Shown here piece after piece: positions 1 through 8,174 of a stretch of DNA of 16,559 nucleotides. Both the position numbers and the translations under genes were made by a program. The stretch is taken from the NCBI GenBank assembly GCA_043803685.1, contig JAZDJU010000104.1, positions 1 through 16,559 on the forward strand. Direction: 5' to 3'. The notes below the pieces were generated by a model. The model was given only the letters and a program-made list of their open reading frames with translations. It was not told where the DNA came from and did not search any database. Numbering within the stretch: the stretch's first letter is position 1; every line of letters begins with the position of its first letter. The stretch is from Candidatus Omnitrophota bacterium (lineage in GTDB: Bacteria; Omnitrophota; Omnitrophia; Omnitrophales; Aquincolibacteriaceae).

Positions 1-187
1 CCTGGAAGGCTTTTATTCCCGCTTAAAATCCAACTACCAGAGGCATCGCGGCTTATCGAAACAACACAGATTGAGCTACCTTAATTGGTATTGTTACTTC
101 CAAAATAGCAACACTTTTTGACTATTACACCCGCAATGACAAGCTATTTTTTCTGTCATTACGCGTTGCACGCAGCACGTTGTGCGG

Positions 188-1774
188 TTAAAGCTTGACG
201 ACTTTGACGTCCAGCACAAGCTTGTTCTTCTTGATGAGCGACACGACCTTCGCGGGCACTTCGCTGTCTGTATTGATCGCGGTCATGGCGTAAGCTTTCT
301 TGCCTTTGCCGACGCGGCCAAGCGACATTTCCGCGATGTTGACGCCGTTCTTGCCAAGCACAGTCCCGATGGTCCCGACCACGCCAGGAAGATCGTCGTT
401 CTTCACGAAAAGCACCCAACCTTCCGGCACCACATCGATCATGAACTCATTCAGGCGCACGATGCGCGGCTCGTTACTGAAAAGCGTCCCCATGATCCGG
501 TGCGTTTCCTTGCCCTGAGCCACTTCCACATCGATAAAACTCACGAAACCTTCGTTCTCGTCGCTACGGCTTTCGGTGATCGAGATCCCGCGCTCCTTGG
601 CGACCGCCAGGGCATTGATGAAATTCACGGAATCCCCGCAGATCGGCTTGAGCAATCCCTTCACGACCGCCATCGTAAGAGGCGCGACGTTAAAACGTGT
701 CGGATCCCCGCCGTAACGGATCTCCACTTTCTTGAAACTGCCGCTGAAAACCTGCGCGTAAAGCATCCCGATCTTTTCCGCGAGCACGAGCCAGGGCTTG
801 AGACCCTTCAGCGTGTCGGGATCGAGGTTCGGAAGGTTCACGGCATTGCGGATCGCGCGATCGTTCAAGGCGTCGATCACCTGCAGAGCCACATCCACCG
901 CGACATTTTCCTGCGCTTCCTGCGTGACCGCGCCGAGGTGCGGCGTGCAAATGAACTGAGGCAACTTCAGCAACGGATGGTCCGCCGCCGGAGGTTCGGT
1001 GACGAATACGTCGAACGCGGCGCCTGCCACCTGGCCGCTCTGAATGGCTTCCACGAGCGCTAGCTCGTCGACGATGCCGCCCCGGGCACAATTGACGATC
1101 CGAACGCCCTTTTTGCAAAGCTTGAACGTTTCCTTATTGAGAAGATTCTGGGTTTCCTTCGTGAGCGGCGTGTGGAACGTGAGGAAATCGGCGTTCTTGA
1201 GAAGTCCCGGTACATCCACGAATTCCACCGGATATTGTTTTACGCTTTCTTTCGAGATGAAAGGATCGAACACCATGACCTTCATATTGAAGGCGCTCGC
1301 GCGCTTGGCAACCTCGCGACCAATGCGGCCAAACCCGACGATCCCGAGCGTCTTGCCGTTCAACTCCGTCCCCTGGAACTTGTTACGCTTCCATTCGCCC
1401 TTTTTCACGTGAGCGTCGGCCTGCGGGATGTTACGCGCCACAGCCATGAGCATCGAAAAACTTAGTTCCGCCGTCGAGATCGTGTTCCCTTCGGGAGTAT
1501 TCATGACAATGATGCCGCGCTTGGTGGCCGCGTCAAGATCCACATTGTCCACGCCGACGCCGGCGCGACCGATCACGCGGAGCTTCTTGCCCGCCTCGAT
1601 GATATCGGCCGTTAGCTTTGTGGCGCTGCGAATGAGGATCGCGTCATATTCCCCGATGATCTTCTTGAGCTCTTCAGGCTTGAGCCCGACCTTCTCATCG
1701 ACCTGGAGGTTCTTCTCTTTGCGGAGGATGTCCATTCCTCCCTGGCCCAACGAATCCGAAACTAGAATCTTCAT
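188..1774 (-). CDS. serA: D-3-phosphoglycerate dehydrogenase, long form with C-terminal regulatory (ASB/ACT) domains
   Basis: Motifs RAGVGVDNVD, NTPEGN, Rossmann GIVGFGRIG, NCARGGIVDE, TPHLGA, and ACT-like NDDLPGVVGTIGTVLGKNGVNIAEM. Start moved to the second Met (MKILVSD), which follows GGAGA. Confidence 0.95.
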   Translation of the reverse strand: MKILVSDSLGQGGMDILRKEKNLQVDEKVGLKPEELKKIIGEYDAILIRSATKLTADIIEAGKKLRVIGRAGVGVDNVDLDAATKRGIIVMNTPEGNTISTAELSFSMLMAVARNIPQADAHVKKGEWKRNKFQGTELNGKTLGIVGFGRIGREVAKRASAFNMKVMVFDPFISKESVKQYPVEFVDVPGLLKNADFLTFHTPLTKETQNLLNKETFKLCKKGVRIVNCARGGIVDELALVEAIQSGQVAGAAFDVFVTEPPAADHPLLKLPQFICTPHLGAVTQEAQENVAVDVALQVIDALNDRAIRNAVNLPNLDPDTLKGLKPWLVLAEKIGMLYAQVFSGSFKKVEIRYGGDPTRFNVAPLTMAVVKGLLKPICGDSVNFINALAVAKERGISITESRSDENEGFVSFIDVEVAQGKETHRIMGTLFSNEPRIVRLNEFMIDVVPEGWVLFVKNDDLPGVVGTIGTVLGKNGVNIAEMSLGRVGKGKKAYAMTAINTDSEVPAKVVSLIKKNKLVLDVKVVKL

Positions 1775-1824
1775 TTTCAAATCTCCCATTTATAAATGCG
1801 TGTCCGATCGTCCGCGTACCCTTG

Positions 1825-2943
1825 TTACTTGCAACAGCAACAGGAGGAACCGGAAGAGGACTTCATCTCCTTGAGAGTTTCGCCGAGCACTTTGAGTCCG
1901 GCTTCAATATCCTGTTTCGTGATCGCACCCATGTGGCAAATACGAACGACCTTCCCCTTCATCTGGTCGCCCTGCCCGCCCGCGATCGCGATCCCTTTTT
2001 CGTCGCGCATCACTTCGCAAAGCTTCTCGCCATCGACTCCTTCAGGTAAACACGCGGCCGTGACGGTCGAAGAAGGCGCCTTCGAGAAAAGCGGCAGGCC
2101 CATCTTCTTCAAAGATTCACGCGTAAAAGTAGCGTTCGCGGCACAACGCTTGAAAACGTTGTCGATCCCTTCCTGTTCGATCAGGTCGAGCGACTTCTGC
2201 AACCCGATCACAAGCGTAAGCGCCGGCGTCCAGGGTGTATCGCTGTCCTTCAGGGATTTTTCATAATATTTCAGATCATAATAGAAGCGCGGCAGTTTGG
2301 CCGTCGCCATGCGGCTCCTCGCCTTTTCGCTCACGCTCAGGAACGCCAGTCCCGGAGGCAGCATCAGCGCCTTCTGGGAACCGCTGACCACAAGGTCCAC
2401 GTGCCAGTTGTCCGTCTCCAGACGATCAGCGCCGAGTCCCGAGATCGCGTCCACAATGAGAAGCGCGTTCGTCTTCGCGACGATCTCGCCGATCGCTTTG
2501 ATGTCACTCAGGACTGCCGTCGAAGTTTCGCAAAGCTGAACGCAAACCGCCTTGATGTCCGGGTCCTTCTGGAGCGCGGCTTCGATCTGTTTCGGGTCCG
2601 GGGCTTCGCCATACGGAACCTTCATGGCGATCGCATTGAGACCAAAGGCCTTCGCGATGAGCGTGAAACGCTCGGCGAATTTTCCGTTCTCCACCACGAG
2701 GACCTTGTCCCCCGCCGAATGAAAATTGACCAGAGCGGCTTCCATGGCCAAACTTCCGGAACCGGCAAAGGTGTAAACGGGGTTCTTCGTGAGGAACACC
2801 TTTTTCAGGCGCTCGGAAACGTCCCCGAAGATCTTGCGGTACCGCGGCGTGCGATGGTGGAAAATGGGCTCCGCCATCAGCTTGCGGGTCACTTCAGGAA
2901 CAGGGGTCGGGCCGGGGGTCAAAAGGATCGTGGGCTTCGTCAT
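1825..2943 (-). CDS. Class V PLP-dependent aminotransferase (alanine-glyoxylate/serine-pyruvate family); probably the phosphoserine aminotransferase step given adjacency to serA
   Basis: [30 protein letters not shown] lysine in [19 protein letters not shown]. The start overlaps the clpP stop (ATGA). Confidence 0.9.
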   Translation of the reverse strand: MTKPTILLTPGPTPVPEVTRKLMAEPIFHHRTPRYRKIFGDVSERLKKVFLTKNPVYTFAGSGSLAMEAALVNFHSAGDKVLVVENGKFAERFTLIAKAFGLNAIAMKVPYGEAPDPKQIEAALQKDPDIKAVCVQLCETSTAVLSDIKAIGEIVAKTNALLIVDAISGLGADRLETDNWHVDLVVSGSQKALMLPPGLAFLSVSEKARSRMATAKLPRFYYDLKYYEKSLKDSDTPWTPALTLVIGLQKSLDLIEQEGIDNVFKRCAANATFTRESLKKMGLPLFSKAPSSTVTAACLPEGVDGEKLCEVMRDEKGIAIAGGQGDQMKGKVVRICHMGAITKQDIEAGLKVLGETLKEMKSSSGSSCCCCK

Positions 2944-3542
2944 GATTTTGGGGTCTCCATGCGGTTTGTGACGACTGCGTCGACGATGCCGTAATTTTTG
3001 GCTTCTTCGGCAGACATAAAATAATCGCGGTCCGTATCTTTTTCGATGCGTTCAAGCGTTTGGCCGGTATGATGCGCCAGGATCCCGTTCAGCTGGTCCT
3101 TGAGCTTCAGGATCTCTTTAGCCTGGATATGAATGTCCGAAGCCGTTCCCTGGGTTCCGCCCCACGGCTGATGGATCATCACGCGGGAGTTCGGCAGCGA
3201 GTAACGTTTGCCCTTAGTGCCGGCCGCGAGAAGGAACGAGCCCATGCTGGCAGCCTGTCCGAGGCAATAGGTCGCGACATCGCACTTCACAAAACGCATC
3301 GTGTCATAGATCGCGAGACCCGCGGTCACGGAGCCTCCCGGGGAGTTGATATAGATATTGATGTCCTTGCCTGGGTCTTCCATATTAAGGAAAAGGATCT
3401 GGGCAATGATCAGGTTCGCGATCACGTCATCGATCGGCGTTCCGATAAAAACGATACGATCTTTCAGAAGGCGGGAGTAAATGTCGTAGGCCCGCTCCCC
3501 TTTGCCGGTTGTCTCAATGACCATCGGGACGAGATAGCTCAT
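2940..3542 (-). CDS. clpP: ATP-dependent Clp protease proteolytic subunit
   Basis: [30 protein letters not shown] (catalytic Ser), [16 protein letters not shown]. Start set at MSYLVP behind a GGAGGT Shine-Dalgarno. Confidence 0.97.
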   Translation of the reverse strand: MSYLVPMVIETTGKGERAYDIYSRLLKDRIVFIGTPIDDVIANLIIAQILFLNMEDPGKDINIYINSPGGSVTAGLAIYDTMRFVKCDVATYCLGQAASMGSFLLAAGTKGKRYSLPNSRVMIHQPWGGTQGTASDIHIQAKEILKLKDQLNGILAHHTGQTLERIEKDTDRDYFMSAEEAKNYGIVDAVVTNRMETPKS

Positions 3543-3552
3543 AAGTACCTCC

Positions 3553-3639
3553 CAGACTGGAGACCTCAGACTAGAGACCACAGTCGTAAAGACTTTTGTT
3601 GCTTGAGTCCTCAGTCTGCAGTCTTCGGTCTGAAGTCTG
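3553..3639. repeat. Degenerate heptamer tandem repeats in two opposed arms
   Basis: cagactg gagacct cagacta gagacca cagtcgt ... gagtcct cagtctg cagtctt cggtctg aagtctg; fills the tig-clpP spacer. Confidence 0.75.
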
Positions 3640-4986
3640 TTATTTACTCTTCGCGTTCTGTTTTAAAAATTCAATGACCTTCTCGTTCCGGACCTGGTCC
3701 AGAAGAGTTTCCCTGGCGTCTTTGTGTTCCTTGTAATACTTTTCGATCGTTTCCTTGGGCTGGCGGTACTGCGTGCTCAGGGCCTCGTATTTCGACCCGA
3801 GGTCTGACTCTTCCGCCTTGATCGCCTGCGTTTCCGCGATCTCGTCTAAAAGGAACGCGATGTGGATCTGACGGCGCGCTTCGTCATCGAATTCTTTCTG
3901 CATCTTCTCTTTTTCTTTTTCGAAGATCTCGTCGGTCCCGCCCTGCTGGATGAAACGCTGACGTGCCTGATCCATCAGATATTCCGCCCGGCGCTGCAAA
4001 AGTCCGCCCGGCATATCGATCTTGTTGTGCTTCACGAGCTCGTTCAGGAGCTCCCGCTCGAATGCGGCTTCTTTTTCGGCAGCGACCCGTTTTTCAAGAT
4101 CGTCGGTGAGCTTTTTCTTGAAATCTTCCAGGTCCTTATAGTCCCCGGCCTGCTTGGCGAGATCGTCATTGAGCTCGGGAAGGATCTTCTCTTTGATCTC
4201 CTTGACCTTCATCTTGAAAACGGCGGTCTTCCCGGCGGCCCGTTTGTCGGCCATGTCCTTGGGAAAAGTGATTTGAACGTCCTTTTCGTCTCCGACGTTG
4301 ACGCCCACGAGCTGAACGGAAAACCCTTTCAGGTATTCTTCCTCTTTGAGCTCGATCCAGTCGTCATTACGCTTTTCCATTTCCTTGCCGTCGACCGTGC
4401 AGACATAATCGGAAATAACAAAATCCCCGAGCTTTGCCGTGCGTCCTTCGACGGCCTTGTACTGGGCGTGCATTTCCTGGGTCTGCTTGAGCGCCTTTTG
4501 AATTTCTTCAGGCTTCACTCCGGCAGCTTCCTTCTTGGCGCTCAGTCCCGTCACGCGCGACAATTTGACCTTGGGACGGACTTCAATATGCGCCTTATAA
4601 ACAAGCTTTTCCTTGGCGAACTGGATATCCTTGATCTCGGGGGTCGTGAGCGGGCTCAGGTCTTTTTCGCGTAGCGCCCTGGGCAGAGTCTCCGAAAGCA
4701 GCGTTTCCAGCACCGAGTCATTGGCGTTCTTCTCGTAATGCATGACGAGCACATCCCGGGGAACCTTGCCGGGACGGAATCCGGGAACTTTGGCGCGCGG
4801 GCCGATCGAGGTATAAAAAGCCTCGTACTCCTCGCTGATACGTTCTCCCGGGACTTCAATGGTCAGGATCTTTTCGCAGGTCTTGCCGTCCTGCAGCTTG
4901 ATCTTGAGCGAAGGCCCCTGAGCTTGAGCGGTGGAGGTCTGGGAAAGGTCTTCCGATTCTTCTTCGTTCTTATTTTTCGATGACAC
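3640..4986 (-). CDS. tig: Trigger factor
   Basis: Ribosome-binding signature [14 protein letters not shown]-like middle domain, C-terminal chaperone domain, and position upstream of clpP. Start inferred at GTG 4986 behind AAGGCGG, because the longer ORF runs through tRNA-Gly. Confidence 0.93.
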   Translation of the reverse strand: MSSKNKNEEESEDLSQTSTAQAQGPSLKIKLQDGKTCEKILTIEVPGERISEEYEAFYTSIGPRAKVPGFRPGKVPRDVLVMHYEKNANDSVLETLLSETLPRALREKDLSPLTTPEIKDIQFAKEKLVYKAHIEVRPKVKLSRVTGLSAKKEAAGVKPEEIQKALKQTQEMHAQYKAVEGRTAKLGDFVISDYVCTVDGKEMEKRNDDWIELKEEEYLKGFSVQLVGVNVGDEKDVQITFPKDMADKRAAGKTAVFKMKVKEIKEKILPELNDDLAKQAGDYKDLEDFKKKLTDDLEKRVAAEKEAAFERELLNELVKHNKIDMPGGLLQRRAEYLMDQARQRFIQQGGTDEIFEKEKEKMQKEFDDEARRQIHIAFLLDEIAETQAIKAEESDLGSKYEALSTQYRQPKETIEKYYKEHKDARETLLDQVRNEKVIEFLKQNAKSK

Positions 4987-5025
4987 AAAAACCGCCTTAT
5001 CTATTGAGAATGCATGAACATAAAA

Positions 5026-5099
5026 TGGAGCGAGTGGAGGGAATCGAACCCTCGTAGCTGCCTTGGCAAGGCAGAGCATTACCACTATGCTACACTCGC
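5026..5099 (-). tRNA. tRNA-Gly (GCC), CCA encoded
   Basis: GCGAGTG acceptor pairs with CACTCGC-T-CCA; anticodon arm CTGCC-TTGCCAA-GGCAG; T arm GAGGG-TTCGATT-CCCTC. Confidence 0.96.
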
Positions 5100-5105
5100 T
5101 TGTCA

Positions 5106-5126
5106 CCCGCCTACCGGCAGGCAGGG
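5106..5126. repeat. Short REP-like imperfect palindrome in the tRNA-Gly leader
   Basis: cccgcctaccggcaggcaggg. Confidence 0.45.
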
Positions 5127-5155
5127 ATGAGACCTTACGACCTTGGGAAGGCCGT

Positions 5156-5184
5156 ATTCTAGGAGCGCGTCTTATCTTTGTCAA
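5156..5184 (-). promoter_or_regulatory. Sigma70-type promoter for tRNA-Gly/tig/clpP
   Basis: Minus strand TTGACA - 17 nt - TAGAAT, followed by GC-rich ACGGCC. Confidence 0.8.
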
Positions 5185-5233
5185 TAAAACTACCGCCGGC
5201 CACGCCCTCTGTCCGACGATTTCGTGAACTCGA

Positions 5234-5339
5234 TGCGGCCGGAGGGACTTGGCGCCTCCGTTACACTTCGGTCGGCCACCCGCACTTGTGAAACTGACCT
5301 TTGTCAGTTTCACGAACAAGTGCTCCCTTCAAGCCCTCC
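5234..5339 (-). repeat. tRNA-linked structured element, tRNA-Leu copy
   Basis: Ends in an exact copy of the last 18 nt of tRNA-Leu (5234-5251 = 5413-5430). Central hairpin GTGAAACTGAC-AAAG-GTCAGTTTCAC. Alignable with 13253-13358 and 15959-16066. Confidence 0.85.
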
Positions 5340-5412
5340 TACGATCAAGTGCGGTCACCGTACGCGGTACACTCAGAACCGCGACGGTGCCGTACTTTTG
5401 CATAGGCAAAAG

Positions 5413-5494
5413 TGCGGCCGGAGGGACTTGAACCCCCATCCCTTTCGGGACAAGATCCTAAGTCTTGCGCGTCTGCCAGTTTCGCCACGGCCGC
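5413..5494 (-). tRNA. tRNA-Leu (TAG)
   Basis: GCGGCCG/CGGCCGC-A acceptor, anticodon arm CAAGA-CTTAGGA-TCTTG, long variable arm TCCCGAAAGGGA, T loop TTCAAGT. No encoded CCA. Confidence 0.96.
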
Positions 5495-5514
5495 AAACTT
5501 AGTAACAAAAAAAG

Positions 5515-5587
5515 TGCGCCCTGAAGGAGTTGAACCTTCGACCCAGTGATTAAGAGTCACTTGCTCTACCAACTGAGCTAAGGGCGC
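5515..5587 (-). tRNA. tRNA-Lys (CTT)
   Basis: GCGCCCT/AGGGCGC-A acceptor, anticodon arm AGTGA-CTCTTAA-TCACT, T arm GAAGG-TTCAACT-CCTTC. No encoded CCA. Confidence 0.96.
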
Positions 5588-5825
5588 ATGAAATCCGTTT
5601 TAGGCAAGAACGTCCGTGTCCTGATTTCAAAAACTTTTCACGTCGTTGTGCCGACTTTTTGTCTTCGAACGGCTCGTTATGAATCAATTCCAAAGGTCCA
5701 TTTTGCCGTGACCATTGAGATGAGCCGCTATGATGCTGCCGCAAACGCTCTTCAGGAGCTTTGCTTGTTAAACCAACATAATGCTTGCCGTTTTTTAGAC
5801 TCCTTAACACATAAACATAAAACAT
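5550..5825 (-). CDS. Small stand-alone GIY-YIG nuclease family protein (91 aa); 3' end overlaps tRNA-Lys
   Basis: MFYVYVLRS...HYVGLT...ERLRQH...AQRREKFLKSGHGR matches the GIY-YIG Y-Y-G, Arg, His and Glu pattern. AGAGGT precedes the ATG at 5825. Confidence 0.85.
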   Translation of the reverse strand: MFYVYVLRSLKNGKHYVGLTSKAPEERLRQHHSGSSQWSRQNGPLELIHNEPFEDKKSAQRREKFLKSGHGRSCLKRISCALSSVGRASDS

Positions 5826-5831
5826 ATCGAC

Positions 5832-5904
5832 CTCTACCCCCGCCAAAATGCTTGGCGGGTCCGCCACGTTTTATGGCGGAAACTGAGCTAAGGGCGCATG
5901 AAAT
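5832..5904 (-). repeat. Duplicated 5' end of tRNA-Lys interrupted by two 21-nt hairpins
   Basis: 5881-5904 is identical to 5571-5594 (24 bp). The tRNA D-loop continuation GGTAGAG resumes at 5832-5838 after tccgccataaaacgtggcgga and cccgccaagcattttggcggg (minus strand). Confidence 0.85.
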
Positions 5905-6016
5905 GCTTAATTCTATATAAATACAAGACTTACATAATCACAGAGTCGAACGCTCAAGCCCCTTCAGGGAGTTCGGTGTCTAAACGGTGACAGGAATCCA
6001 TCTCAAAGAGAGGCGT

Positions 6017-6044
6017 ATTATACGTATTTAAGAAGGAAATGCAA
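6017..6044 (-). promoter_or_regulatory. Sigma70-type promoter reading toward GIY-YIG/tRNA-Lys/tRNA-Leu
   Basis: Minus strand TTGCAT - 16 nt - TATAAT, followed by ACGCC. Confidence 0.65.
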
Positions 6045-6168
6045 AAAATAAACTGATTAAAATGATTGGGGTAGACGGAGGGTAGTTTTCTGCTTTATTT
6101 GAGGCTTAGAACGGCTTATTTGAGAAAGTGGAGCATAACGAAAACAATGGGAAAACCAGAGAGAGGCA

Positions 6169-6621
6169 TTATCTCATTTTCGCTTCTTCATCTTTTGCTG
6201 GTTTAATTTTAAGTGGCCGCAAGCCTATTTCCTTCCAATAAGCCGCCACTTTTTCTTCGAAATAATCCCCATCTTCAGCAACAACTAACCCGTCCGCTCT
6301 TAACGCTGTAGCAACATAGCATCTATCATCAGGATCAAAGCCAAGAATATCCAACCTGTCTTCTACTGCATTTTCAATATTAGAAGAACGATACTCAACA
6401 TGCCCTGCGTTGTGTATTATTTTAGTGTACCAAGCTTGCAGTAGTGGGCTAGCATTAAACACAGGTCTATATTTTCCTAAGAGTTTTTCTTCGAAATCAA
6501 AAACGATTTGATGATAATCATAAATTAAATCAATTAGCACCAAGGCTTGATGGCATAAATCCCCTTGGCGCAAATCACATGCCGTCTTAAATACATTTTC
6601 ATCAAGAACCCATTTCGCCAT
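6169..6621 (-). CDS. PIN-domain-like protein (putative ribonuclease)
   Basis: N-terminal WVLDENV, central DPDDRCYVATA and VVAEDGDY give the acidic residue pattern of PIN folds. Starts immediately after the ATPase stop codon. Confidence 0.7.
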   Translation of the reverse strand: MAKWVLDENVFKTACDLRQGDLCHQALVLIDLIYDYHQIVFDFEEKLLGKYRPVFNASPLLQAWYTKIIHNAGHVEYRSSNIENAVEDRLDILGFDPDDRCYVATALRADGLVVAEDGDYFEEKVAAYWKEIGLRPLKIKPAKDEEAKMR

Positions 6622-7974
6622 TTAAGCCCGTTCTTTTTGTTTTAATTTTTCGGCTATTAATCGACTATGGACCAATGCTTCCAGATAATCTTCTTGGAAA
6701 AAACCTTCCGGCCAATTTTCAAATTGCCCAAGCTCATTAATATAAATTCTTTTGGGTAATGTGTTTTCAGCTTCGGGGGAAAAGTAATAGATAGCCAAAT
6801 CATCTTTTGTGAAAGTCTTACCTTCAACGACTCGTCGAGCTAATCTTGAAAGTAAATGTTCGCTGTGCGTTTCAACGATAATGCGTCTACCTTGTCCCGC
6901 CAATTCGATAAATAAATCCCCTAAATCCGCTTGCACTTTTGGATGAAGGTGAATTTCCGGTTGTTCTATAAAAAGAGATGAATCTGGCCGAGAATAAAAT
7001 CCCTCTACGATAAGCGGTAAAACCTGAGAAACGCCAAAACCAACATCATTGATAGTTGCATCAATGGCCGTTTTAAGATTTCGAATGATTAATTGAAAAA
7101 AACCTGTCTGCCGCTGCCTACCTAGCGGCTTGAGCTTAATAGAAGAACCGAGCCCGAATTGTTGAATCCAATGATTCACTCTCTTTAAGAGCAGCTTATC
7201 TTTTCTTGACCCTTGGCTTTGAGCCCATAGCACATCTGTCGCATACTCGCCTTTAAGGCCAACATCCTTTCGCAACTCTCCTCCGCTCACATATAAGGTT
7301 TTAGGGTTTTCTCGAAGAGGGCCTATGTAATTGATATTATTAATAAATTCTTCCACGAGCTGTTGAATTACAAAAGCTACTTTTTGCGCTTCCCAAGGGA
7401 TCCTTCGAGCTCTTCCAATCATCGATGGGCTTATGCCGTAAAACTTAAAAGGCGCGACCCTCAAAACATGTTTTAAAAATTCCCCGGATAAACTTTTTCG
7501 TTCATTTCGATACGAGATAGTTGCCTGATATTTTACGCCTCGCTTTAATTTGACGCGCTCTAGATAAATAGATTCATCTAAAAAGCTAATTTCAGCCGAA
7601 TTAAGCTCTGTTCTTTTTTGAAACTTATTGTAAACAAATTGTGTTTTAACTTTACAGTCTCCTTCTTTTAGATCTTTCAAACCCCCAACGAATGGATTTT
7701 TCCCAAAAAATGTAAAATCAACACCAAGCAGTTTCGTCAGATCATGTTTGTAGATAAAGCTCTCGTAGGTAGAGAGCTTAACGTAGGACCCATTCACCAC
7801 TAAAGGGCTGGTAACATCCCGGCTATCCACCGTTTGCTTTAACATTAAGAAGGGCTGCAGCAAACTACTCTTTCCAGAGGAATTTGGCCCTATGAGAATA
7901 GTGATAGGCTTAATCTCTAATTCTTGGGTATCACTAAAACTTTTGAAATTGGTCAATTTAATTTGTTTTAACAT
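6622..7974 (-). CDS. AAA_15/AAA_21-type (ABC-like) ATPase with DUF3696-like C-terminus
   Basis: LTNFKSF, Walker A GPNSSGKS, signature VGFGVSQVLP, Walker B/D-loop FIEQPEIHLHP, ETHSEH, C-terminal GQFENWPEGFF. Confidence 0.85.
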   Translation of the reverse strand: MLKQIKLTNFKSFSDTQELEIKPITILIGPNSSGKSSLLQPFLMLKQTVDSRDVTSPLVVNGSYVKLSTYESFIYKHDLTKLLGVDFTFFGKNPFVGGLKDLKEGDCKVKTQFVYNKFQKRTELNSAEISFLDESIYLERVKLKRGVKYQATISYRNERKSLSGEFLKHVLRVAPFKFYGISPSMIGRARRIPWEAQKVAFVIQQLVEEFINNINYIGPLRENPKTLYVSGGELRKDVGLKGEYATDVLWAQSQGSRKDKLLLKRVNHWIQQFGLGSSIKLKPLGRQRQTGFFQLIIRNLKTAIDATINDVGFGVSQVLPLIVEGFYSRPDSSLFIEQPEIHLHPKVQADLGDLFIELAGQGRRIIVETHSEHLLSRLARRVVEGKTFTKDDLAIYYFSPEAENTLPKRIYINELGQFENWPEGFFQEDYLEALVHSRLIAEKLKQKERA

Positions 7975-8031
7975 AATGAATTAATGCCTCTTGATTATTG
8001 CATGTATTCTTTAGCTGCAAGTTAGACGCAT

Positions 8032-8061
8032 AAAAAAACGGTTCCCCCTTTAAGAGAACCG
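8032..8061 (-). terminator. Intrinsic terminator downstream of the HEPN-like gene
   Basis: Minus strand CGGTTCTCTTAAAGGGGGAACCG followed by 7 T. Confidence 0.7.
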
Positions 8062-8174
8062 CCTTCAATAATTCAAAATTCAAGACGCCCTTCAGGGCTT
8101 TTATTGCTGGGTAGTATAGACCTCCGTTTTATTTGAAGCCAGCTAGAAAGCAAGGCAAGGGAATAAAGACAAAA

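Noticed and set aside
182..4674. Long plus-strand ORFs opposite serA, the aminotransferase, clpP and tig
   Set aside because: Antisense shadow frames typical of GC-rich coding DNA, with no recognisable motifs.
4987..5319. 111-codon N-terminal extension of the trigger factor ORF
   Set aside because: It runs through tRNA-Gly, a promoter and the structured element; fortuitous open frame.
5234..5430. Conventional prophage or integrative island bounded by tRNA att duplications
   Set aside because: The bracketed segments are under 200 bp and no integrase is present in the window; treated instead as the element family reported in findings.
5941..6010. Possible ncRNA or tRNA-like sequence (GAGCGTTCGACTC on the minus strand) in the tRNA-Lys leader
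   Set aside because: I could not build a cloverleaf or recognise a family by eye.
5954..8098. tcaag..cccttcaggg at 5954-5969 and 8079-8098, resembling an inverted tRNA-Lys 3' end
   Set aside because: Only a 9-10 nt core that is itself a small hairpin; cannot be distinguished from chance.
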